Assembly (NCBI GenBank): GCA_963764165.1
Contig: CAVXRD010000001.1
Location: 544,001 to 608,000 of the forward strand
Source of the DNA: an uncultured Verrucomicrobiae bacterium
Lineage (GTDB): Bacteria; Verrucomicrobiota; Verrucomicrobiia; Limisphaerales; Palsa-1400
DNA length: 64,000 nucleotides
Reading direction: 5' to 3'
This document shows, in pieces, positions 38,506 to 46,178 of the stretch. Both the position numbers and the translations under genes were made by a program. A model generated the notes under the pieces. It ran no database searches. It was given only the letters and a program-made list of their open reading frames with translations, and was not told the origin of the DNA. Each line of letters begins with the position of its first letter. Positions within the stretch are counted from its first letter, which is position 1.

Positions 38506-38746
38506 CGGCTTCATTCACTGCCAGGATTCTTCCATTCTTTGCTCGGGCGGCTTATTGGCCATGACCGTGACTAAGTCGTGGCTGGTGGCGTCCGTTCTTA
38601 AAAGGCGTGTCGCTTCCGCGCTGGCGCTTGTGCAGCTTCGCCCGCTGTTGCGGCGCTGGCGCGGCCTTTCCGAGCGGCTCTTGACCACCAGCCCTTTCCT
38701 CGTCACGTCTGGCCAATGAAGGCCGACGATTACGAAAGGAAGAACC

Positions 38747-38848
38747 ATGACCGTATTTGAATTCGCTCTCCTGCTGAACGCCACAGCTAATCTTGCATCC
38801 GCACTCCTAAAGGCAATCGACCTCTACCGCGAGGGCCGCCGCCGATGA
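38747..38848 (+). CDS. 33-aa peptide MTVFEFALLLNATANLASALLKAIDLYREGRRR
   Basis: AAAGGAAG RBS; stop codon lies inside a terminator hairpin; below the ORF-track length cutoff. Confidence 0.5.
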   Translation: MTVFEFALLLNATANLASALLKAIDLYREGRRR

Positions 38849-38860
38849 GGCGGCGGTTTT
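38836..38860 (+). terminator. Intrinsic terminator
   Basis: CCGCCGCC-GATGA-GGCGGCGG-TTTT. Confidence 0.65.
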
Positions 38861-38871
38861 CGAGATGGCGG

Positions 38872-39633
38872 TTAGATGCGTGGCTTCTGAAACACCATGC
38901 ACACATCGTGCAGGCCGGGAATGAAGCTGCTGCGGTAGACCTTCTTGCTGCTCGATGCCCCGTGACTGAACCGGATAATGTCGGTGCAGCATTGGCGAAG
39001 GCCGGCAGCGAAAGCGAGTTGCTTCGTGTGATAGGTGAGTGAAACGAATCCGGCCTCACGGTCGCAGTAGTCTCCCATGAGGATTGCGAATTTCCCACCT
39101 GGTGCCAGAACTGCCATGCAGTTGGAGATGAATACTGCGTAGCGTTCAAGGAATACCGCCAGTGTCGGCGTGCGCGATAGGTCGCCCGGATTGTTGGTGT
39201 AAAGCTTCTGCCGCCAGTAGGGCGGATGCGCCCATACGAAGTCGAATGTTGCGCATTCCGGCAGACTGCGGAAGCAATCGGCGTCGGTGGCGTCAAACCC
39301 GTTGCGGATGTCACGCGACAGGCACGGCGTGCCAAGCTCGCGGCATACGTCCGCGCATGTTCCGCTGCCAGTCATCGGGTCAAATACGCTTTGCGCTCCG
39401 AAAAACACGAGCAAGTCACGGATGAGCTTGCCACCGCAATTACCTGGGTATTTGCGGTCGCCATATTCCCCGGCACGGTGAAAATGATAAAGGCTCGTTA
39501 GGTGCGGCACGGGACTGGCGTTCACGGGTGCCAGCGGCAACCGGGCATAAACCGGCGTGGCGCGTGGTGAAACTGCAACGTCACGTTGTTGCGCCGCGTA
39601 ATCCGAAGTGGTTGACTGAATGAAATTGATCAT
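38872..39633 (-). CDS. Orphan amino (N4-C/N6-A) DNA methyltransferase
   Basis: Motif I FDPMTGSGT precedes motif IV HPPY. Confidence 0.8.
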   Translation of the reverse strand: MINFIQSTTSDYAAQQRDVAVSPRATPVYARLPLAPVNASPVPHLTSLYHFHRAGEYGDRKYPGNCGGKLIRDLLVFFGAQSVFDPMTGSGTCADVCRELGTPCLSRDIRNGFDATDADCFRSLPECATFDFVWAHPPYWRQKLYTNNPGDLSRTPTLAVFLERYAVFISNCMAVLAPGGKFAILMGDYCDREAGFVSLTYHTKQLAFAAGLRQCCTDIIRFSHGASSSKKVYRSSFIPGLHDVCMVFQKPRI

Positions 39634-39855
39634 GGCTGAACTCCATCGGTATAGGTGCATCCAGTGATGTGGGCATAGATTTCTTCGGCATGTTCACGGC
39701 TCTTGAAGTCGCCGATGCAGGACAGGCCCTCGCTGGGGATGTGACCGAAGAGACTCCAGAAATCGGCGTCGTCATCGGCTACCTGCTCGCACCATCTATC
39801 GCCAGAGGTTGCGAATTCCTTGACGCCGTGGATTTCGTAGCCGTCGAAGCGGGTG
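39630..39855 (-). pseudogene. 5'-truncated hypothetical gene coupled to the methyltransferase
   Basis: FDGYEIHGVKEF...CEQV..FWSLFGH..CIGDF; its TGA overlaps the MTase ATG and its 5' end is replaced by integrase sequence. Confidence 0.55.
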
Positions 39856-40569
39856 GCGCAATACCGTTTCCAGTTTCTGACTGATTGAGAACTGCGCCCG
39901 TGCGCCGGTCTTTTGTCGAAAATACGTGATCGTCCGGCTGTTCCAATCCACATCCTCGGCGGTCATGTTCGCGGCGTCGGCCTGCGCCGCGCCTGTCTCC
40001 CACAAAAGTTCCAAATACAGCTTCCACTCCGTTTTATCTTCGTGTGCAATGATGCGCTGTTGTTCGTCAGACGTGAGGCCGCGCCGGTCTTTGGCGTGAT
40101 ATTTCGGCCAGAGATAAGGAGCCACTACCGGAAGCGCAATCCAGCCCATGCTCAAGGCGAAGTTGTGCAGCCGTTTCAAAAAGCGGACGATGGACACTTT
40201 GCCGTCTTTGAGCGCGGCAATGAAATCGTCGGCGGTGGTTTCCAGCAATTTCTTTCGGCGCAAGGCATCATAAGACGGTGATTTGAACACGCTCGCGTAA
40301 CGGTCTTTGCTGCTGTCCTTGCCTCGGCTTTGCAACTGATCCATGACGGTCTGCCATGTGCGCTCCACATAGGCGGGATCACTGGCCGTGAGATAAGCGC
40401 GGGCAAGGTGCAGATTGAGCGTTGGTTGCTGCTGCGCCTCATTGCGGGCATTCAGAAGCCTTCGGGCTTCGGATTCGTCTTTGGTGCGCAAGCTGGTCTG
40501 TTTGCCGGTTACGCTGTCCTGCGCGTAATACATTTCTCCGCGCCGGAACATGGTGTATTTTGTTTTCAT
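39855..40569 (-). pseudogene. 3'-truncated tyrosine recombinase/integrase
   Basis: MKTKYTMFRRG..TGKQTSLRTKD; LLWETGA...DVDW...YFRQKTG, then no HxxR, H or Y. Confidence 0.75.
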
Positions 40570-40766
40570 AACTGGACACCCTGATTTTCGATATACCAGT
40601 CCTGCACGCGCCGCGTTTGTGAACGCCAGCGGTGGCAGAGTTTCAGCGAGTTTTGAACAGTGGCGGCGAATTGTTCTGGCAATCGCCGATTTACTGTCCG
40701 TTTCGCTGACAGTGGCCGTTGATCCGTTCAAGAAACCGCTAATTGGCAACGGTTTACATATCTTGA

Positions 40767-40893
40767 ACACAGATCAACACAGATTTTTAAGAACGAACGT
40801 CAGTCGCATTATTTTGCGGCGGCGTTTCCATTTGGTCTTTTTGTTCATTGGCTTCACCGGTTTTATCTGTGTTGATCTGTGCAAATCTGTGGC
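40767..40893. repeat. Right 16-bp direct repeat plus the remainder of the split palindromic element
   Basis: ACACAGATCAACACAGAT ... ATCTGTGTTGATCTGTGCAAATCTGTGGC. Confidence 0.85.
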
Positions 40894-40952
40894 CAAGCTT
40901 TCCGCAGCAGAGCGGGCTTGAACTGTGTGTTTGGCAGGATACAGTGGCGGCG

Positions 40953-43133
40953 ATGAATCGCATGAAAGGCACCTCCGCCCTCACCGCGCCGTTCGCATTG
41001 GCCGCGCTGCTTCTCCAACTCCCCTCAACGCAAGCCTGGGCCGAGCCGCTCAAGTATCCCGAGGCGCACCGGGGCGAGACGGTGGATGATTACAATGGCA
41101 TCAAGGTGGCCGATCCCTATCAATGGATGGAAAAACTGGACGCGCCCGACACACACGATTGGATCAGGGCGGAGGCGAAACTGGCGGATTCGTATCTGGC
41201 CAAAATTCCCGTGCGCCACGAATTGGAGGCGCGGCTGACGGAATTACTGAATTTCGAGAAATTCGGCATGCCGTTTCATCGCGGCGATCGTTATTTTTAC
41301 AGCCACAACAGCGGGTTGCAGCCGCAAAGTGTTTTGTTTGACAGCGATGGATTGAACGGCGAGCCAAAGATGGCGTTTGATCCAAACACTCTGTCGACCA
41401 ATGGCTCCATCTCCGCCTCCGGTTACGCAGCCAGCCCGGATGGATCGCTGCTTTGCTACGGCGTCACGCATGGCGGTTCGGATTGGATGGAATGGCATTT
41501 CCGAAATCTCGCCACCGGCGCAGATTTGCCGGACGTCATCAAGTGGACAAAATATTATCATCCCGTTTTCGCAAAAGACGGAAAGGGCGTGTATTACAGC
41601 GCCTTCCCCGCGCCGTCGCCCGGTGAGGAATTGCGCGTTCGCGATTTGAATGACGCGGTTTTTTATCACGCGCTCGGCACCACTCAGGCGGCCGACCACA
41701 AGCTTTACGAGCGGCCCGATCATGTTGATTGGCAATTCGATCCGCACTTGACCAAGGACGGCCATTGGCTCGTCATCCGCGCTGGTGAGGGAGAAGTGGG
41801 AGACAAGGGATTGGAAAATCTTTACGTCATTGATTTGACATCGTCGAAACGCGAAGTCATTCCGATTACGGAAGGCTTTAAGGCTGATTATATTTTTGCC
41901 GGGGCCGATGGCGGCAATCTCTTTTTCCAGACCACATTGGCAGCTCCTCGCGGCCAGGTGATTTCCATCGATCCAACTTCGCCCGCCGCAGGGAATTGGA
42001 AAGTAATTATTCCGCAAGGTTCCGACGCGATGGACGTGGCGGGCGGAAGCGTCACGCTGGTCGACCATCAGTTGATCGTGCGAACGATGCATGACGCGTG
42101 CAGCAAAGTGACAATATACGGGCTCGATGGCACGCTGAAACGCGAACTGGCGCTGCCCGGGCATGGAACGGCCGCTGGATTTGGCGGCGATCCCGATGAT
42201 CGCGAGACCTTTTACGATTACGTCGATCCAATCACCCCGCCGACGGTCTACCGCCTTGATCTGGAAACGGGAGCAAGCACGCTTTACCGCAAACCGAAAA
42301 TTGCATTTGACACGGGCCAGCTTGAAACGAAACAGGTTTTTTATCCCAGCAAAGACGGGACGCGTATTCCAATGACGCTCGTTTACAAAAAGGGCATCAA
42401 GCTGGATGGCAAGAACCCCACCCTGCTCTACGGCTATGGCGGCTTCGGAATTTCAATGCTGCCACGCTTTGATGTTACACGCCTCGTTTGGCTTGAGCGC
42501 GGCGGCATTTTTGCGGTGGCGAATATTCGCGGCGGCGGAGAATACGGCGACGAGTGGCATCGCCAGGCCATTCGCGCGCATAAGCAAATTGTATTTGACG
42601 ATTTCATCGCGGCGGCGGAATGGCTGATCGCGCAAGGATACACATCGACGCCGAAGCTCGCGATTGAAGGCGGGTCCAACGGCGGGCTGCTGGTGGGCGC
42701 GTGCGTGACGCAGCGCCCCGATCTTTACGGCGCGGCGCTCGCGTATGTCGGCGTGATGGATATGCTGCGCTTTGACCAATTTGGCCAGGGCGCGGGCTGG
42801 GCCGGCGATTACGGGCTGCCGCACAACGCGGAGGACTTCAAATATCTCCGCGCCTATTCCCCATACCATAACGTCAAGCCCGGCACGCATTATCCCGCGA
42901 TCATGGTGATCACAGGCGACCACGATGCGCGTGTCATGCCGGCGCACTCCTTCAAGTTCGCCGCGGCGTTGCAAGCGGCGCAGGCCGGTCCAGAGCCTGT
43001 TCTGCTGCGCGTGCGATTGAACACCGGCCACGGTTCCGGCGCGACCAGCCGCCAGCTCGTGCAGGAGCGCGCCGATGCCTACGCGTTTCTGATGCAGAAT
43101 TTAGGGATGGCGGACACGGCGGGGAGCAGATGA
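40953..43133 (+). CDS. Prolyl oligopeptidase (S9A), secreted
   Basis: DPYQWME, YGYGGF, GGSNGG, DHDARV, TGHG. Confidence 0.95.
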   Translation: MNRMKGTSALTAPFALAALLLQLPSTQAWAEPLKYPEAHRGETVDDYNGIKVADPYQWMEKLDAPDTHDWIRAEAKLADSYLAKIPVRHELEARLTELLNFEKFGMPFHRGDRYFYSHNSGLQPQSVLFDSDGLNGEPKMAFDPNTLSTNGSISASGYAASPDGSLLCYGVTHGGSDWMEWHFRNLATGADLPDVIKWTKYYHPVFAKDGKGVYYSAFPAPSPGEELRVRDLNDAVFYHALGTTQAADHKLYERPDHVDWQFDPHLTKDGHWLVIRAGEGEVGDKGLENLYVIDLTSSKREVIPITEGFKADYIFAGADGGNLFFQTTLAAPRGQVISIDPTSPAAGNWKVIIPQGSDAMDVAGGSVTLVDHQLIVRTMHDACSKVTIYGLDGTLKRELALPGHGTAAGFGGDPDDRETFYDYVDPITPPTVYRLDLETGASTLYRKPKIAFDTGQLETKQVFYPSKDGTRIPMTLVYKKGIKLDGKNPTLLYGYGGFGISMLPRFDVTRLVWLERGGIFAVANIRGGGEYGDEWHRQAIRAHKQIVFDDFIAAAEWLIAQGYTSTPKLAIEGGSNGGLLVGACVTQRPDLYGAALAYVGVMDMLRFDQFGQGAGWAGDYGLPHNAEDFKYLRAYSPYHNVKPGTHYPAIMVITGDHDARVMPAHSFKFAAALQAAQAGPEPVLLRVRLNTGHGSGATSRQLVQERADAYAFLMQNLGMADTAGSR

Positions 43134-43150
43134 ATTGAGCCGGTCTTTTC

Positions 43151-43236
43151 GTAGCGCAGGTTTCCAAACCTGCTGTATCGCGGATTTCCAAATCCGCTTG
43201 CCGTATATAGGCACGCAGGCTTGGAAGCCTGCGCTA
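43151..43236. repeat. GTAG-type REP cluster, family C
   Basis: GTAGCGCAGGTTTCCAAACCTGC ... GCAGGCTTGGAAGCCTGCGCTAC. Confidence 0.75.
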
Positions 43237-43485
43237 CCCCTGAGGGCATTCTGGTTCTCTGCGGTCGGTGCGAATGGCTGAGCGGATGGACTCCCGTTTG
43301 ACTTTGACGGGAAGCATTAAGAACCCCTCCCGTGTGCGAACGGGTTTTACCGTCGGAACTTCCTTTTCCACCAATTGCAAGATTTGCACGCTTCCGTCCG
43401 GCTGGCGGCTGGCATCAAAGGCTGTGTGCGGGGGGAACAGCTTAGCGGAACAGCTTCGCCCGTCCTTATCGGATACCAATTTCAT
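43234..43485 (-). CDS. Small hypothetical protein, possibly AbrB/VapB antitoxin-like
   Basis: MKLVSDKDGR...AFDASRQPDGSVQI; 83 aa running into a REP. Confidence 0.4.
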   Translation of the reverse strand: MKLVSDKDGRSCSAKLFPPHTAFDASRQPDGSVQILQLVEKEVPTVKPVRTREGFLMLPVKVKRESIRSAIRTDRREPECPQG

Positions 43486-43684
43486 GACGGGATTATCCCA
43501 TAAGCAACGGCCGCCGCAATCGTAATGGATGATGCTGTCGAGTTTTTCCCAACGGTAAACGTCGTCACGTATAACAAAAGAAGCCAGTTCCATGCCAAAA
43601 CGTGGGGTTTCCGTGAGTAAGCCGTGCATAAGTAATAACAATTTTTTGTCGCTGTGTCTCGCCTCTAGAATATCTTTTTCTCCC

Positions 43685-44563
43685 ATGATTGATTCCGTAA
43701 ATTCGGAGTCGAGCTCAACCTCGGCAGATCTGAAGAGACCCGGCTCCTCGACCCCGTCGGCGAACACCAGTGCCCACTTCCAAGTTACCGGAAGATTCAA
43801 CCCGCGCGACTTGCGATATGATGAGTTTGGCGTGCCTGTTCTTAGTACGGCCGAAATTGAATCCATTGCCGAGCAGGTACTAGCGAAACATTGCCAGTCG
43901 GTTCTGACAAAGCCGAAACATACTCCAGTGGTCGAGATAATCGATCGACTTTGTGAGTCAACAAGGCTTATTTGCAAAATTACGGACCTTGGCAACCGGG
44001 GCGATTCGAAGATCCTCGGCAAAGTCAATTTCTCAGAAAGAACGCTTTACCTCGATCCGTCGTTGACTTACGAGCGCGAAATTCAAATGCGATTTACGGC
44101 AGGACACGAGATCGGGCACTGGGTAATTCACCGGTGGAACTTTTTAAATTGGAAGATCACGGGTAGCAGGTCCGAATGGGTGGAAATCGAAGGCACAAGG
44201 CTTGGCGCAGCACCCGTGCGCACACCACGCGAATGGATCGAATGGCAGGCGAATATGTTCTCTGCCGCATTGATCATGCCTCGCCGCACCATCTTACGGG
44301 CGCTTATTGAAGCCCAATTTTCAATCGGAACGCTAAAGAACTTCGGACACATCTGGTTGTCCGATACTCCCCAAAGCAAACAAGATTACGAGGCACTGAT
44401 AACTTTGATTTCAAAAACTTACGGCGTGTCGAAAAAATCTGCGGAAATTCGTCTGCGTTCGCTCGATATGATTAGCGAAGATTCGAGCTATAGGTCGCGG
44501 AAGCGAGACGCCTCCGATGCGCTTTCAAATATGAACCTCAATCGTGAAAAATCTGTGCATTGA
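43685..44563 (+). CDS. ImmA/IrrE family metallo-endopeptidase
   Basis: RFTAGHEIGHW, EWQANMFSAALIMP, YGVSKKSAEIRL. Confidence 0.85.
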   Translation: MIDSVNSESSSTSADLKRPGSSTPSANTSAHFQVTGRFNPRDLRYDEFGVPVLSTAEIESIAEQVLAKHCQSVLTKPKHTPVVEIIDRLCESTRLICKITDLGNRGDSKILGKVNFSERTLYLDPSLTYEREIQMRFTAGHEIGHWVIHRWNFLNWKITGSRSEWVEIEGTRLGAAPVRTPREWIEWQANMFSAALIMPRRTILRALIEAQFSIGTLKNFGHIWLSDTPQSKQDYEALITLISKTYGVSKKSAEIRLRSLDMISEDSSYRSRKRDASDALSNMNLNREKSVH

Positions 44564-44580
44564 TTCTCGTCGGATAAGAG

Positions 44581-44643
44581 TTATTAACACTATTCACAAC
44601 CAGGATCGCGATAGCGTGTAAACCATTAATAATCAATATATTA
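44581..44643. promoter_or_regulatory. DnaA-box-like pair and IHF-consensus match upstream of dnaB
   Basis: TTATTAACA at 44581, CTATTCACA at 44590; AATCAATATATTA at 44631 fits WATCAANNNNTTR. Confidence 0.4.
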
Positions 44644-44706
44644 TATCATTGCTTTTGGGAGTATGTTTTGATTTACTTCGCTTTAAAAACGGGCTTAATA
44701 TTTTTG

Positions 44707-46176
44707 ATGATTGATTCCGTGAATGAGGCAGGTTCAACGTCGGCGGATTTGAAGAAAACCCGCCGCAAGACTGCGTCCTCGAACGCAGCCGCCTCAAAAG
44801 TCGACCGCCTGCCGCCGCATTCCATTGACGCTGAACAAGGTGTGCTTGGTTGCGTGTTGCTTTCTCCCAATGACTGCCTCGGCGAATGCATCGAAAAACT
44901 TAAGTCCGGCCCGCTCGTTTTTTACGATCTTCGGCACCAGTTGCTTTTCCAAACGATGGTGGAAATGTTCGACGAAAAAGTCCCCATCGACGTTATCACG
45001 CTCAATCAGCGGCTGAAAAACAAAGGGCAATTGGAAGGCGTCGGCGGCACGGCCTATCTCGCGACCTTGCCGAATCTGGCGCCCTCGGCGGCCAACCTCC
45101 CCTACTACCTCGAAATCGTCCTGGAGAAGTTCCTGCTGCGAAAAATGATGCAGACATGCACCGGCATCATCAGCCGCGTTTACGATTATGAGGGCGAGGT
45201 CGATTCGCTGCTGGACGAAGTCGAGCGCGACGTCCTGCAAATCGCCCAGGACCGCATTTCCGGCGGCACGGTGACGATCAAGGAGCTTGTCAACCGCGCC
45301 ATTACAAAGATTGAGGAATTCCACACCAACCAGGGAATGCTGACCGGCGTTTCGACCGGCTTTACGGATTTCGACAAAATGACCACCGGCCTGCACGAAG
45401 GCGAAATGATCGTCATCGCGGCGCGGCCGTCCGTCGGAAAAACATCGCTGGCGATGAACATTGCGGAGCATGTGGCGCTGGAATTGAAAGTGCCGGTCGG
45501 AGTGTTCAGCCTGGAAATGACGGCGGATCAACTGGTGCTGCGCATGATCTGCTCGAGGTCGCGCGTGAACCTGCGGAATGTCACGGCGGGCTTCCTGGCC
45601 GAGCGGGATTTTCCGCGCCTGACCGACGCCGCCGGGCGCATGGCAGGGGCGCCTTTGTTTATAGATGACAGCTCCGGTCTGTCCGTCCTGCAATTGCGGG
45701 CCAAGGCGAGGCGCATGTGGCAGCAGTACGGCATCAAATTGTTTGTCATTGACTACTTGCAACTGCTCCATTCTACTTCGCGTCGAGCAGAGAACCGGCA
45801 GCAGGAAATCTCGGAAATTTCCGGCGGCATCAAGGCCCTGGCCAAAGAGCTGAGCGTGCCGGTGATCGTGCTCAGCCAGCTCAACCGGGATCTGGAAAAG
45901 CGCGGCCCGGGCGAGCGCCCGCGGCTCTCGGACTTGCGCGAATCAGGCTCCATTGAGCAAGACGCGGACTTAGTTGGTCTATTGTATCGTGAATCAAAAA
46001 GCAAAGACGGGGAAGAAGAACCGGAACTGGATCAAGACGCCATTCCTGTGAAGCTCTATATTGCCAAACAACGCAACGGCCCGACCGGAGATGTCGATTT
46101 GACATTCCTCAAGGGATACACCCGTTTTGAAAGCGCGGCCAAAGTAAGCTCGGAAGACATGCCGGCCGACGCCTGA
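44707..46176 (+). CDS. dnaB: Replicative DNA helicase DnaB
   Basis: PPHSIDAEQ, AARPSVGKT, IDYLQL, SDLRESGSIEQDAD, KQRNGP. Confidence 0.97.
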   Translation: MIDSVNEAGSTSADLKKTRRKTASSNAAASKVDRLPPHSIDAEQGVLGCVLLSPNDCLGECIEKLKSGPLVFYDLRHQLLFQTMVEMFDEKVPIDVITLNQRLKNKGQLEGVGGTAYLATLPNLAPSAANLPYYLEIVLEKFLLRKMMQTCTGIISRVYDYEGEVDSLLDEVERDVLQIAQDRISGGTVTIKELVNRAITKIEEFHTNQGMLTGVSTGFTDFDKMTTGLHEGEMIVIAARPSVGKTSLAMNIAEHVALELKVPVGVFSLEMTADQLVLRMICSRSRVNLRNVTAGFLAERDFPRLTDAAGRMAGAPLFIDDSSGLSVLQLRAKARRMWQQYGIKLFVIDYLQLLHSTSRRAENRQQEISEISGGIKALAKELSVPVIVLSQLNRDLEKRGPGERPRLSDLRESGSIEQDADLVGLLYRESKSKDGEEEPELDQDAIPVKLYIAKQRNGPTGDVDLTFLKGYTRFESAAKVSSEDMPADA

Positions 46177-46178
46177 AA

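Larger units (their letters stand above)
24081..40782. mobile_element. Composite genomic island of ~16.7 kb
   Basis: 16-bp direct repeats at both ends, three tyrosine recombinase genes, a DNA methyltransferase, gene fragments, visibly lower GC in parts, and no family-A REPs inside. Confidence 0.85.

Noticed and set aside
43486..44028. Upstream part of the 264-aa minus ORF
   Set aside because: Antisense to the ImmA gene; only the last 83 aa are plausible.
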